A DNA stretch of 64,000 nt from a virus. Its lineage: Duplodnaviria; Heunggongvirae; Uroviricota; Caudoviricetes. Position 1 is the first letter of the stretch, and each line of letters starts with the position of its first letter. Positions 37,247 to 46,386 of the stretch are shown here, piece by piece. The notes under the pieces were generated by a model, which saw nothing but the letters and a program-made list of their open reading frames with translations, ran no database searches and was not told where the DNA came from. The stretch lies in the IMG/VR virus record IMGVR_UViG_3300042154_004306; one strand, 5' to 3'. The translations under genes were made by a program, and so were the position numbers.

Positions 37247-37915
37247 ATGAAAATTACACTACAACCACATCAGCGTATATGGTTTACATCAGATACTCAC
37301 TATAAACACTCAAATATCTGTAGGGGAACCTCTAATTGGCCTGAGTCCAGCAAGACTAGGGATTTTGATACCTTAGAGCAGATGAATGAGACCGTAATCA
37401 ATAACATCAATCACCTAGTTAGGGAAGATGATATTCTATTCCACTTGGGAGACTGGTCATTCGGAGGATACGAGAATATAGCAGAGTTTAGGGAGAGAAT
37501 CCTGTGCAAGAACATTCATCTACTATTAGGAAATCACGACCATCACATCGAGAGGGACAAGGGAGGAATCCGAAAGTTATTCAGTTCGGTACACGATTAC
37601 TTGAGACTTGAGCTTACTGTTCCAAACGAACCTAATTCAATAAACTCTGGCGAGGTCATTAAAAAGACATTTGTCATGTGTCATTACCCAATTGCAAGCT
37701 GGCACGACATGAACCGTGGAGTCATTCACCTACATGGTCACGTTCACTTGGGTCCGGAGAATAAACTACATGATGGCAAGGCAATGGATGTCGGTATGGA
37801 CGGTAATGATCTAAACCCTTACTCTCTACAGGAGATCGCAAAGATCATGAGGGACCGCCCGGTTAGGTGTTTAGTTTTGCCAAACGATCATCACGAAACA
37901 AATGAAGGCAGATAG
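37247..37915 (+). CDS. calcineurin-like metallophosphoesterase (second copy)
   Basis: 222 aa. FTSDTHY, GDW ... GNHDHH, GHVH motifs. Confidence 0.65.
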   Translation: MKITLQPHQRIWFTSDTHYKHSNICRGTSNWPESSKTRDFDTLEQMNETVINNINHLVREDDILFHLGDWSFGGYENIAEFRERILCKNIHLLLGNHDHHIERDKGGIRKLFSSVHDYLRLELTVPNEPNSINSGEVIKKTFVMCHYPIASWHDMNRGVIHLHGHVHLGPENKLHDGKAMDVGMDGNDLNPYSLQEIAKIMRDRPVRCLVLPNDHHETNEGR

Positions 37916-37933
37916 TTGGTATATTAAAGTAAT

Positions 37934-38671
37934 ATGAAACCATTTTTTAAATTTTACGAGGTAGGAGGCAAGGTCAGGGACGAAATCTTGGGCCTGCAGT
38001 CAAAGGACGTTGATTTCGTTGCCGTTCCCAAGGAGTCTTTAATTGAAGAGTTTCCGGAAGCAGAAGACCTTTTCAAAGTGCTAGTTGACTACTTGACTCG
38101 TGAGAAGTTTCAAATCTTTTTAGTGACCGCTGACTGTTATACGATCAGGGCTAAATTTCCAGATGGTCACAAGTACCAGGGAGTTGCGGATTTCGTGATG
38201 GCTAGAAAAGAGGTTGGATACTTGCCTTTTACAAGAACACCGATCGTGAAGCCTGGAACTCTATTCGATGATTTACAAAGACGTGACTTCACGCTCAATG
38301 CAATCGCAAAGGACGAGGATGGAGCACTGATTGATCCATTCAACGGAATTGAAGATTTGAAAAATGGAGTTCTAAGAACACCTTTACCTTGCGAAATTAC
38401 CTTTAAGGACGATCCTTTGAGAATCTTAAGAGCGATCAGATTCATGGTCACTAAGGACTTTGTAATCACAGCCGACATGCATCAGCACATCAAGCACTTC
38501 GATTATGAAGTCTTCATGCCGGTCGTCTCAACTGAGAGAATCCGAGAAGAACTGCTTAAATGTTTTAAGCACGATACTGCAGAAACTCTCAGAGTATTGA
38601 TGAGGTATCCTGCACTATTTGAATACATTTTTATGACAAAGATTTGGTTGAAACCAACAATGGAGGAATAA
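37934..38671 (+). CDS. tRNA nucleotidyltransferase / poly(A) polymerase head-domain protein (CCA-adding-type)
   Basis: 245 aa. FYEVGGKVRDEILGLQSKDVDFV matches the GG(A/K)VRD ... DxD class II NTase motif of CCA-adding enzymes. Confidence 0.6.
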   Translation: MKPFFKFYEVGGKVRDEILGLQSKDVDFVAVPKESLIEEFPEAEDLFKVLVDYLTREKFQIFLVTADCYTIRAKFPDGHKYQGVADFVMARKEVGYLPFTRTPIVKPGTLFDDLQRRDFTLNAIAKDEDGALIDPFNGIEDLKNGVLRTPLPCEITFKDDPLRILRAIRFMVTKDFVITADMHQHIKHFDYEVFMPVVSTERIREELLKCFKHDTAETLRVLMRYPALFEYIFMTKIWLKPTMEE

Positions 38672-38672
38672 T

Positions 38673-38909
38673 ATGAAAAAGATAATAATTTTATTATTCG
38701 TAGCTTCAGTTTTTGCAAGCTGCGGAAAACCGGCAAAATACACGATTAACAGCGAAGCCGGTAAGTACTGGACAAATTCCTATACAAAGGACGCGAACGG
38801 CTGTATTGTGTTCAAGCACGAATGCGGTTGCGGCGGCGGAGATCCGCAAGTCGTAACAGTTTGTGGAACCTATACAATAATCAAAAACTCAGGCCATGAG
38901 AAAGAGTAA
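38673..38909 (+). CDS. small lipoprotein
   Basis: 78 aa, LFVASVFASCGK lipobox. Confidence 0.4.
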   Translation: MKKIIILLFVASVFASCGKPAKYTINSEAGKYWTNSYTKDANGCIVFKHECGCGGGDPQVVTVCGTYTIIKNSGHEKE

Positions 38910-39198
38910 TCACGGACTTCACACTAGCCTGGGTCAACTTAAGATCGATCTTGTTCTGAGGCACCAATGGGAGAAGGAAAATGATCATAATTGGTGGGAC
39001 AAACAAAAGTGGAAGACTGAGAGACACTTGGGAATTTGGTGGAAGACTTACAGAACAATAGGTTCAACCAAAGGTTTGTCTAAGTGGTTATGGAAGGACA
39101 CACACTCACCAAACCTAATGATAGGAGTTGACGTCATTTGGTTCAAATTTTGGATTGACCTCGGTTGGGGTACCTTAATTTTAAAAATAAAAGATTAA
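38896..39198 (+). CDS. hypothetical Trp-rich protein
   Basis: 100 aa ORF. Confidence 0.35.
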   Translation: MRKSNHGLHTSLGQLKIDLVLRHQWEKENDHNWWDKQKWKTERHLGIWWKTYRTIGSTKGLSKWLWKDTHSPNLMIGVDVIWFKFWIDLGWGTLILKIKD

Positions 39199-39201
39199 AA
39201 A

Positions 39202-40275
39202 ATGGAAAGAAAATTAGCAAGCATTCAAAGAGTCCGCGCAATCAAACCGATTGAGGGAGCGGATGCAATCGAAGTAGTTCAGATCAATAGCTGGAACGTA
39301 GTTGCAAAAAAAGGTGAATTCACAGAGGGCGACCTCTGCGTTTATTTTGAAATAGATTCGTTTCTACCGATGGAGAAGGACTTTGAATTCCTAAGAAAGT
39401 CTTCATATAAAAAGATGGGAGACTTAGAGGGATTCAGATTAAAAACCATTAGGCTTAGAGGGCAGGTTTCGCAAGGGCTGTGTTTACCATTAAGTGTCCT
39501 GGAAAAGGACGATGAAATGAAGATTGGAATCAGCAAACAGCCTTGGGGGGATCAGCTTCAGCTTGGACCCTATGATGATGCAATAGTTATCGAAGAAGGC
39601 ACTGACGTTACTGAGTACATGTGCGTGCTTAAATACGAGCCTCCCATTCCAGCAGAATTGGCAGGTAAGGTTAAAGGTATGTTCCCATCATTCATTCATA
39701 AGACTGATGAGGACCGTGTACAAAACTTAACCGACCATTATGAAAGTTGGAAAGATCAGGCTTTTTACGTAACTGAGAAATTGGACGGTTCGTCCGCAAC
39801 TTTCTACCTGAAGGACGGAGAGTTTGGAGCGTGTTCACGTAATTTGGAACTGCTGGAGACTGATGAAAATACGTTTTGGAAAGTCGCTAGAGAAATGGAG
39901 ATTAAGCCTAAATTAGAGTCAGTTGGCTATAATATTTGCATTCAAGGAGAATTGGTAGGCGAGGGAATTCAAAAGAACCCTTATAAATTAAGAGGACAGA
40001 CTGTGAAGTTCTTTAATGCTTTTAATATCGACACTCAAGAATACTTGGGATTTGAAGAGTTTACTAAACTAGTCTTGGGATTTGGTTTACCAATTGTTCC
40101 AATAGTTGAAACCAAATTCGCTCTGCCTGATACAATAGATCAATTACTCGAGTACGCTGATTCAAAATCAAGTCTTAATCCAAATTTTGATAGGGAGGGC
40201 GTTGTCATCAGAAGTCTTGATCGAAAAATTTCGTTCAAGGTAATTTCAAATAAATTTTTACTGAATGAAGCATAA
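39202..40275 (+). CDS. second ATP-dependent RNA ligase-like nucleotidyltransferase
   Basis: 357 aa. Motif I YVTEKLDGSSATFYL (KxDGS with no Arg, as in RNA ligases) preceded by an N-terminal ~150 aa domain. Confidence 0.5.
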   Translation: MERKLASIQRVRAIKPIEGADAIEVVQINSWNVVAKKGEFTEGDLCVYFEIDSFLPMEKDFEFLRKSSYKKMGDLEGFRLKTIRLRGQVSQGLCLPLSVLEKDDEMKIGISKQPWGDQLQLGPYDDAIVIEEGTDVTEYMCVLKYEPPIPAELAGKVKGMFPSFIHKTDEDRVQNLTDHYESWKDQAFYVTEKLDGSSATFYLKDGEFGACSRNLELLETDENTFWKVAREMEIKPKLESVGYNICIQGELVGEGIQKNPYKLRGQTVKFFNAFNIDTQEYLGFEEFTKLVLGFGLPIVPIVETKFALPDTIDQLLEYADSKSSLNPNFDREGVVIRSLDRKISFKVISNKFLLNEA

Positions 40276-40672
40276 AATATACTTAGACGACATTAGGACC
40301 CCAATCGATAAGAGCTGGATCGTAGTTAGAAGCTACGAGGAGTTTGTTGAGAAAATAACTGAACTTGGATTAGAGAATATTGAACTAATTTCGCTGGATC
40401 ACGATTTAGGAGATAGCGCAATGAGGGAATGGCATAAAAACGTTTACCATAACTACGAATTGAATTACGATAATATTACCGAGAAGACTGGTATGGACTG
40501 TACTAAGTGGATGGTTGAACAATGGTTAGACGGAGCATCGGTAGTTAAGGTTGTTATACATTCAGCTAATGCAATCGGATCAGCAAATATGATGGGCTAC
40601 ATTAATAATTACCGCCATATCAATAGATTACCTCAAGATTGTATAAGAGTTCAGTGGCCGCACACCGTCTAA
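40265..40672 (+). CDS. hypothetical protein
   Basis: 135 aa ORF. Confidence 0.45.
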   Translation: MKHKIYLDDIRTPIDKSWIVVRSYEEFVEKITELGLENIELISLDHDLGDSAMREWHKNVYHNYELNYDNITEKTGMDCTKWMVEQWLDGASVVKVVIHSANAIGSANMMGYINNYRHINRLPQDCIRVQWPHTV

Positions 40673-40742
40673 TTAGGTCTCACAGACAAATAAACTTATT
40701 TAGCCACATTACTTATACACTTTGTTATAAAACGTTATTTAT

Positions 40743-40943
40743 ATGGAAATCAAATTTTATTGGAACGGAAGTTTTGCTGGAACTAATCACAGTATGACAA
40801 TAAACGGAAAGAATATTAGATTAGGTGGTATTGTTTCAAATGAAAATGAAGCAAAACTGAAAGCAGTTGAGATATTGAAGCAAGATTATGAAATTGACTA
40901 TAATGTTGATGAAATAAAATTTGAGTGGGGTGGTCGTTTATAA
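40743..40943 (+). CDS. small hypothetical protein (cassette-region ORF)
   Basis: 66 aa; followed by hairpin element at 40948. Confidence 0.4.
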   Translation: MEIKFYWNGSFAGTNHSMTINGKNIRLGGIVSNENEAKLKAVEILKQDYEIDYNVDEIKFEWGGRL

Positions 40944-40947
40944 TGTT

Positions 40948-40997
40948 TTATAACGATTACAAATAAAACATCGTTTTAATGTGTTTTATTTGTTGTT
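40948..40997. repeat. hairpin element, ATCGTTTTAATG-loop subtype
   Basis: ttataacgatt-ACAAATAAAACA-tcgttttaatg-TGTTTTATTTGT-tgttataag. Confidence 0.6.
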
Positions 40998-41042
40998 ATA
41001 AGTATGTAAAACAAAAATTATACAAATTAAAAGAAATAAATT

Positions 41043-41231
41043 ATGAAAACATTATTAAGTAGAGTAGAAGAAGAAAGTGTTAATTATGCAACAGCAGAAC
41101 ATGCAGCGATAGACCATTTAAAAATGGCATCTGCACATTTATTTGAAGAAACAGAAGGTAGAGACATTGATAATTGGTTATCAGATATTGAAAAAATAAT
41201 TCAAAAACTTGAGAACAGAATAAACTCATAA
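41043..41231 (+). CDS. small hypothetical protein
   Basis: 62 aa. Confidence 0.4.
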   Translation: MKTLLSRVEEESVNYATAEHAAIDHLKMASAHLFEETEGRDIDNWLSDIEKIIQKLENRINS

Positions 41232-41312
41232 TTTTTGTTTTATTACTTATAACGGTTTGCAGCTAACCGAAGGCGGTGATTTAATAGATAAATTAACTTA
41301 AAAGAATATAAT

Positions 41313-41531
41313 ATGAATGAGCAATTAACTATCAAAAAAGCACGAAACCACCGCTTTTGGTTAGGTGGTGTTATGTGCCGTTTATTCCATTACATAAGAA
41401 CTATTGAAGAGTGTAAATTCATTGATAGAGTTGATGGAAGAGAGGTAGGGCAATTTGAATGTGTAAAGTGTGGAACTAAATTTATGGCTAATAAAAAGCG
41501 AAGTTGGTTTCGTGTCTATAATGGCACATAA
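41313..41531 (+). CDS. small zinc-ribbon protein
   Basis: 72 aa, CVKCGTKF. Confidence 0.4.
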   Translation: MNEQLTIKKARNHRFWLGGVMCRLFHYIRTIEECKFIDRVDGREVGQFECVKCGTKFMANKKRSWFRVYNGT

Positions 41532-41580
41532 CGGTTGAGTGTAAAAAATCGTTTTAATGTTTTTTACACTTTGTTATAAA
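41521..41580. repeat. hairpin element, ATCGTTTTAATG-loop subtype
   Basis: cacataacggttgag-TGTAAAAAA-tcgttttaatg-TTTTTTACA-ctttgttataa. Confidence 0.6.
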
Positions 41581-41604
41581 TATGTAAAACTAAAATTATA
41601 CAAT

Positions 41605-41757
41605 ATGAAAAAATACTTTATTAAACAAGAATTGATGTGTGGTGAAGTTTATCACATGATATATGTAAGATGGTTTGGATTATTTGAATCATTTTATGAA
41701 AGGTGGAATACTTATGAAACATCGAAAATAAGACTGAACGAATTAAACAATTCATAA
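41605..41757 (+). CDS. small hypothetical protein (start at MKKYFIKQ)
   Basis: Trimmed from track ORF 41557, whose 5' part lies in the hairpin element. Confidence 0.35.
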   Translation: MKKYFIKQELMCGEVYHMIYVRWFGLFESFYERWNTYETSKIRLNELNNS

Positions 41758-41773
41758 TTTTAGTTTTATTATT

Positions 41774-41850
41774 TATAACGTTTTGCGTATAAAAGAAAGC
41801 TACGAAGCAGAGCCTTTAGCGTTGGGTAGCTTTCTTTTATACGCTGTTAT
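41774..41850. repeat. hairpin element with 19-bp perfect stem
   Basis: ataacgtttt-GCGTATAAAAGAAAGCTAC-loop-GTAGCTTTCTTTTATACGC-tgttatc. Confidence 0.7.
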
Positions 41851-41894
41851 CGGATGCCCTTTCAATGAATTATTAAATTAAAAACAGACACAAA

Positions 41895-42284
41895 ATGAAC
41901 AGACAAATTAAATTTAGGGCTTGGGATAAAACATACAGCCTAATGAATTACAAAGTGCAAGTTGGCAATACTGACCTCGCAGACCCCAATTACACTTGCA
42001 ATAGCATTTGGGTTGATAGTGGTGATTTTGTAACTATTGGATGGATGAATGCTGATGAAAATTGTATTGACCTTATGCAATTTACTGGATTGAAAGATAA
42101 GAATGGCAAGGAAATTTATGAGGGTGATTTAGTTCAGCACGATGCTTGGAACTATCCATTTGAAGTAATTTTCAATGATGAAAAAGCAAGGTTTGTTTGC
42201 AAGTTACAAACGGGATTAACTCAATACATAGATTGTGAAAGATTGGTTGTTGTCGGTAACATTCACGAAACGGTATCTGCTTAG
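41895..42284 (+). CDS. YopX-family phage protein
   Basis: 129 aa. KFRAWDK ... QFTGLKDKNGKEIYEGDLV ... VVGNIHE matches the YopX domain. Confidence 0.7.
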   Translation: MNRQIKFRAWDKTYSLMNYKVQVGNTDLADPNYTCNSIWVDSGDFVTIGWMNADENCIDLMQFTGLKDKNGKEIYEGDLVQHDAWNYPFEVIFNDEKARFVCKLQTGLTQYIDCERLVVVGNIHETVSA

Positions 42285-42393
42285 GGTTGCCGATAACGAC
42301 TGCAAATATACAACGTTTTTTTGTAGAAAGTTTCAAATTAATTTTTTTTTTTGATAAAAATGTGGTATATTTGTTGTTATAAAACGGTTAGAT

Positions 42394-42603
42394 ATGAAAA
42401 AAGGACAAAAATTTATCATGAAAATTGATAAGTATTACGGTAAAGATAATTTACTGAAACAAGGGGATGTTATTGAATTTGTGGGTAACAAAAGAAGTTC
42501 AACAGGAATGTTGTCTGTATTCAAAAATCAAAATGGATTGGTTTTTAAAACTTATGCTATATCTATGGATAAATTTTTGACAGATTATACAAATGTTTTA
42601 TAA
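42394..42603 (+). CDS. small hypothetical protein
   Basis: 69 aa. Confidence 0.4.
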   Translation: MKKGQKFIMKIDKYYGKDNLLKQGDVIEFVGNKRSSTGMLSVFKNQNGLVFKTYAISMDKFLTDYTNVL

Positions 42604-42702
42604 CAGTTAGGTATATGTGAAGTACCTTACCACAGAAATTAATAATTTAGTAGAAACTTTATGAGGTATTTCACATATACTTTGTTATAAACAGTAATTA
42701 AT

Positions 42703-42912
42703 ATGGAAAAAAAACTTAAACAAGGAACAGTAATAACCGCAACACACGAAGGTGGTTCATTTTGGAAAATAGACGATAGTTTTATTTTTACAGATACACC
42801 AGAAAGTGGATTACAAACTTACAATAATGAAGGAAAGAAATTATATTTTCCAAAAAATCACGACTTATCTGGTTGCGGTTTTCCAGAAGATATGTTTGAA
42901 ACACCGAATTAA
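42703..42912 (+). CDS. small hypothetical protein
   Basis: 69 aa. Confidence 0.4.
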   Translation: MEKKLKQGTVITATHEGGSFWKIDDSFIFTDTPESGLQTYNNEGKKLYFPKNHDLSGCGFPEDMFETPN

Positions 42913-42921
42913 TTATTGTTT

Positions 42922-43050
42922 ATAACGTATCGCAGATAAGCGAAGGCAAAGATTTAGAAACGAAAACTTTAATTTTAAAACAGAATATAATATGAAAACG
43001 AGAATATCAATTTACCACAGAACCTTTGCTTTTGCTTATGTGCTGTTATG
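42922..43050. repeat. hairpin element (long-loop variant)
   Basis: 5' arm ataacgtatcgcagataagcgaaggcaaag pairs with 3' arm ctttgcttttgcttatgtgctgttat. Confidence 0.55.
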
Positions 43051-43099
43051 CCTTCGTTCTTTTTCACAAATCAATTATTAACAAACAAAAAATAAAATT

Positions 43100-43348
43100 A
43101 TGTCAGAATTAAAAACAGAACATTTAGTGTATATGTCAGACGAGATGTACACACCAATTCACTACAAAGGAATTATAGTCCAACAACCTTTTTTTGAAGG
43201 TAAAGGGAATCATTCGGTTGCTCAATTAGAAGCAATATGTGAACAATTTAAAGAGTATGTTCATCAGCAACAAATAATTAAGCAAAATTGTATGAAACAT
43301 ATTGTCGAATTAAAGTTCGGTGTCGAGTTCCCACAGAATGAGGCATAA
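43100..43348 (+). CDS. small hypothetical protein
   Basis: 82 aa. Confidence 0.4.
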   Translation: MSELKTEHLVYMSDEMYTPIHYKGIIVQQPFFEGKGNHSVAQLEAICEQFKEYVHQQQIIKQNCMKHIVELKFGVEFPQNEA

Positions 43349-43390
43349 CGTTTGCGGATATATGAATGTAAAAAATTAATAATTAGAACG

Positions 43391-43750
43391 ATGATAACAA
43401 CACAAAATTTAACAGAATTAGGTTTTAGTGAGATACTTGATGTATTCACTGGGAAACACGTTTGGGTTTTAGGTGAAGAAGATACTGAGATATGCGGAAA
43501 CCCTTGTAAATTGCCAATATTTTATTACAACATAGAAACCCAAACTTGTAAAGTAGTTAGGGGTGAATTTTGTGTTGTTCAACGAGAATGTAAAACAGAG
43601 GAAGAAATTATAAAGTTTGTAGAATCTATTAATTTTTTATTTCATATATCCGTTGTTATAAATAGTAAAAAACCTATCGAACAAGTATTATCCGAAGCGA
43701 TTAAAGAATCTTATGATAAGATAAAAGACAATTTAGAACCACCACTTTAA
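43391..43750 (+). CDS. hypothetical protein (start at MITTQNL)
   Basis: Trimmed from track ORF 43352; 120 aa. Confidence 0.4.
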   Translation: MITTQNLTELGFSEILDVFTGKHVWVLGEEDTEICGNPCKLPIFYYNIETQTCKVVRGEFCVVQRECKTEEEIIKFVESINFLFHISVVINSKKPIEQVLSEAIKESYDKIKDNLEPPL

Positions 43751-43828
43751 GGTTTTTTATTGTTTATAACGGACACAGATATATTTCTGGTTTTCTTTTT
43801 AATATATACTTAAAAATAGTAAACGAAG

Positions 43829-44167
43829 ATGAAAGATTTAAAACACATAAAAAGATTTAACGAGTCAGAAGAAAACTTGAATATATCTGATGTTAGTAGT
43901 AGTAAAAATCAGCATTTACTTGTGGTTCATCATGAAAGTGGTGATGAAATACATTTTACTGTTATAGATTATTCATTATATCCACAGATTGATAAAATGA
44001 TAAATGATGGACTTAATACACAGAAACAAGTTGAAAATATGTTGAATATAATCTATAACAACACATTAGAACATTTGATGTGTCAAACTTATGTATTAGA
44101 AGACTACACTAAAATTGGAAAATATAACATAGTAAAATGTATTCATCTACCAGAGTTGGGTAGTTGA
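43829..44167 (+). CDS. hypothetical protein with shared N-terminal module MKDLKHIKRFNESEENLNISDV
   Basis: 112 aa. 5' region and first ~28 codons duplicated at 45016. Confidence 0.5.
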   Translation: MKDLKHIKRFNESEENLNISDVSSSKNQHLLVVHHESGDEIHFTVIDYSLYPQIDKMINDGLNTQKQVENMLNIIYNNTLEHLMCQTYVLEDYTKIGKYNIVKCIHLPELGS

Positions 44168-44180
44168 TTTTTATTACTAC

Positions 44181-44312
44181 TAACGTTTCCACGCTTGGCG
44201 AAGAAGCGGAATTGAAAGCACATACTTTCAGTTTAGTAAAAAAGCCAATAGGAAGCACGAATGTTCAATTTAGCACTAAAACCGCTTTTTTGCCAAACGT
44301 GTGTTATAACCA
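44181..44312. repeat. hairpin element (long variant)
   Basis: ctaacgtttccacgcttggcgaagaagcgg pairs with aaaaccgcttttttgccaaacgtgtgttataacc. Covers spurious track ORF 44164..44376. Confidence 0.5.
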
Positions 44313-44350
44313 GTGCTTTTTACGAATTATAAACTTAAAAAATAAACACA

Positions 44351-44635
44351 ATGTCAAAATTAAACAGAGAATTTGATTACAAATATTACAAATTCAACAC
44401 ATCAGTTGAGTTAAACACCAAAGTCGAAAAAAGACTAAATGGTAAAAGGTGGCACACAATTATAACTAATTGTATGGGTGGCAACAATTACTACCAAAAA
44501 GATGAAATAGAAACTTTCCAAATTGAGGAATATGTTGAAAAACATAAACAGTTAGCTATTGAATACATTGATAAATTAACTTACAAGCCACAAAGTTTTG
44601 AAGAGCAATTGTTGTCAGGACTTGGGTTCTCGTAG
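44351..44635 (+). CDS. small hypothetical protein
   Basis: 94 aa. Confidence 0.4.
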   Translation: MSKLNREFDYKYYKFNTSVELNTKVEKRLNGKRWHTIITNCMGGNNYYQKDEIETFQIEEYVEKHKQLAIEYIDKLTYKPQSFEEQLLSGLGFS

Positions 44636-44642
44636 CATTGGT

Positions 44643-44760
44643 TATAACGGACAGGTATAACCGAAGGCGGGGATTAAGTGCAACCACCCTAACCAACGGC
44701 ACAAAGTAAATTGGTAGTACAATAGCTGAATGACGGATATACGCCCCGCTTTTGGTTATG
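44643..44760. repeat. hairpin element
   Basis: ttataacgg ... ATAACCGAAGGCGGGG-loop-CCCCGCTTTTGGTTAT. Confidence 0.6.
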
Positions 44761-44790
44761 CAATGTTAGGCGTATGTAAATTTTACGATT

Positions 44791-44940
44791 ATGGGACTAC
44801 TAATATTTTTTGGAATAGTTATACTGTTTATGATAGCAGATGACAGACAAATTAAAAAGGACATTGATGCAGCAACCAAAATAAAATGGACAAAGAAAGA
44901 TGCGGAGAACTATTATAAAAACTTTGACGAATGGCAGTAA
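44791..44940 (+). CDS. small membrane protein (49 aa; below the ORF-track cutoff)
   Basis: MGLLIFFGIVILFMIADD hydrophobic N-terminus; sits between two hairpin elements. Confidence 0.3.
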   Translation: MGLLIFFGIVILFMIADDRQIKKDIDAATKIKWTKKDAENYYKNFDEWQ

Positions 44941-45015
44941 AATTTATTACGCCTAACGATACTCAGATATATTTAGGTTTTCTTTTTAATATATACACTA
45001 AAATAACATAAGAAG

Positions 45016-45327
45016 ATGAAAGATTTAACACACATAAGGAGATTTAATGAGTCAGAAGAAAACTTGAATATATCTGATGTTAGAAGTAGTAAATTAAACA
45101 TACATTATTTTATGGAACAACTTTCAATTGATGATATAAGAAAATCTATTGAAGATAATTTACATTACCAAAAAACAGGTAAAAGATTATTTGATAGGAC
45201 TATACAAGACGAAATATACGAAATATACTTTAGTGGATTAGGTGAAAGTAAATCTACTATGATGTTTGAGTCGTATGATATTATATGTAGGGAACTTTCT
45301 AAGAGGTGGTTTTTGGGTAATGTTTAA
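45016..45327 (+). CDS. hypothetical protein with shared N-terminal module MKDLTHIRRFNESEENLNISDV
   Basis: 103 aa; N-terminal module paralogous to 43829, C-terminal body unrelated. Confidence 0.5.
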   Translation: MKDLTHIRRFNESEENLNISDVRSSKLNIHYFMEQLSIDDIRKSIEDNLHYQKTGKRLFDRTIQDEIYEIYFSGLGESKSTMMFESYDIICRELSKRWFLGNV

Positions 45328-45335
45328 TTTATTAC

Positions 45336-45466
45336 TTCTAACGGCTGACGCTATACGAAGGCAGGGGTTAAGATGCACTCCCTTTCAGCCTTGCACAAAT
45401 GATAAATAGATGCACACCGCTTCAATTAGCAGTAAAGCCCCTGCTTTTGTATAGCGTATGTTATAG
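45336..45466. repeat. hairpin element
   Basis: cttctaacggctgacg-CTATACGAAGGCAGGGG-loop-CCCCTGCTTTTGTATAGCG-tatgttatag. Confidence 0.6.
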
Positions 45467-45488
45467 GGCGTTTTTAATTCAAATCAAA

Positions 45489-45668
45489 ATGGCAAAAGAG
45501 TACATTAAAATCGAACTTACAGAAGATGACATCAAGAAAATGGTTGCTGAAAAATACAACCTTGACATCAACAGGACAACAATTAACGTATCACATTACG
45601 CTGGTGATGCTCGTGAACCTGCATACACTTCAATAGTAGTAACAGGTCAACGTGATGGTGGGGTGTAA
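45489..45668 (+). CDS. small hypothetical protein (start MAKEYIK)
   Basis: Trimmed from track ORF 45399, whose 5' part is the hairpin element. Confidence 0.4.
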   Translation: MAKEYIKIELTEDDIKKMVAEKYNLDINRTTINVSHYAGDAREPAYTSIVVTGQRDGGV

Positions 45669-45737
45669 AATGCCCTATAACGGTTGCAGATATACCTAGT
45701 TTGGGATTAAATACTAGAAACTTTAAATTAAGATAAA

Positions 45738-45986
45738 ATGAAAAAAGAAGAACAAAACTTGAATAACGCAGAGAACCCCAAATTGGGTATATCTGATGTT
45801 ATGTGTAGTGGTTATACAATTAGATTTAATGAAGTAGACACTAACGAAATTATCATCAATAAAGATGCGATAAACATAAATGACTTTGAACAGATGAAAG
45901 TATCTGGAACAATTGTAGATTATGAAATTGATGATAATGGAGTGAAAATTATAAAGAAGTTTGATTTAAGGAGCGTGTCTCTTTAA
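45738..45986 (+). CDS. small hypothetical protein
   Basis: 82 aa; N-terminus NPKLGISDV weakly resembles the NLNISDV module. Confidence 0.4.
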   Translation: MKKEEQNLNNAENPKLGISDVMCSGYTIRFNEVDTNEIIINKDAININDFEQMKVSGTIVDYEIDDNGVKIIKKFDLRSVSL

Positions 45987-45994
45987 CCATTACA

Positions 45995-46088
45995 CATAAC
46001 GGTTGGGTGTATGAGAAGGTTTGCTTAGATGAACTTTCAAATTACCACAACTATTGATAGCAAACTTTCTTATACACCTTGTTACCAA
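45995..46088. repeat. hairpin element
   Basis: cacataacggttg-GGTGTATGAGAAGGTTTGC-loop-GCAAACTTTCTTATACACC-ttgttacca. Confidence 0.65.
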
Positions 46089-46121
46089 CAGTACGGATTA
46101 TTAATATAAAACTTAAATAAA

Positions 46122-46373
46122 ATGGAAAAGAAAATCGAAAACATTGAGGATATATATCCTTTGACCATAGTGAAAATGCGTTATGGTGGAAAAATTGTAA
46201 TCTTCAACGCTGATAATGATGCGGGATTTGTTGATTCTGTACAAGGTGATGAAGAAGTTTATTATATCATTAATGACTGGTTAGAAGAACATGTATCACC
46301 TTGCTTGTATGGTATTGGCGACACAATTTGGTCAGCATTTGAAGATTACAAAAAACGTTTATATAAGTACTAA
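46122..46373 (+). CDS. small hypothetical protein
   Basis: 83 aa. Confidence 0.4.
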   Translation: MEKKIENIEDIYPLTIVKMRYGGKIVIFNADNDAGFVDSVQGDEEVYYIINDWLEEHVSPCLYGIGDTIWSAFEDYKKRLYKY

Positions 46374-46386
46374 CGTAGTATTGTTG

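Noticed and set aside
44164-44376. 70-aa track ORF
   Set aside because: Lies entirely within an inverted-repeat element (44181-44312) and has no upstream start context. Likely non-coding.
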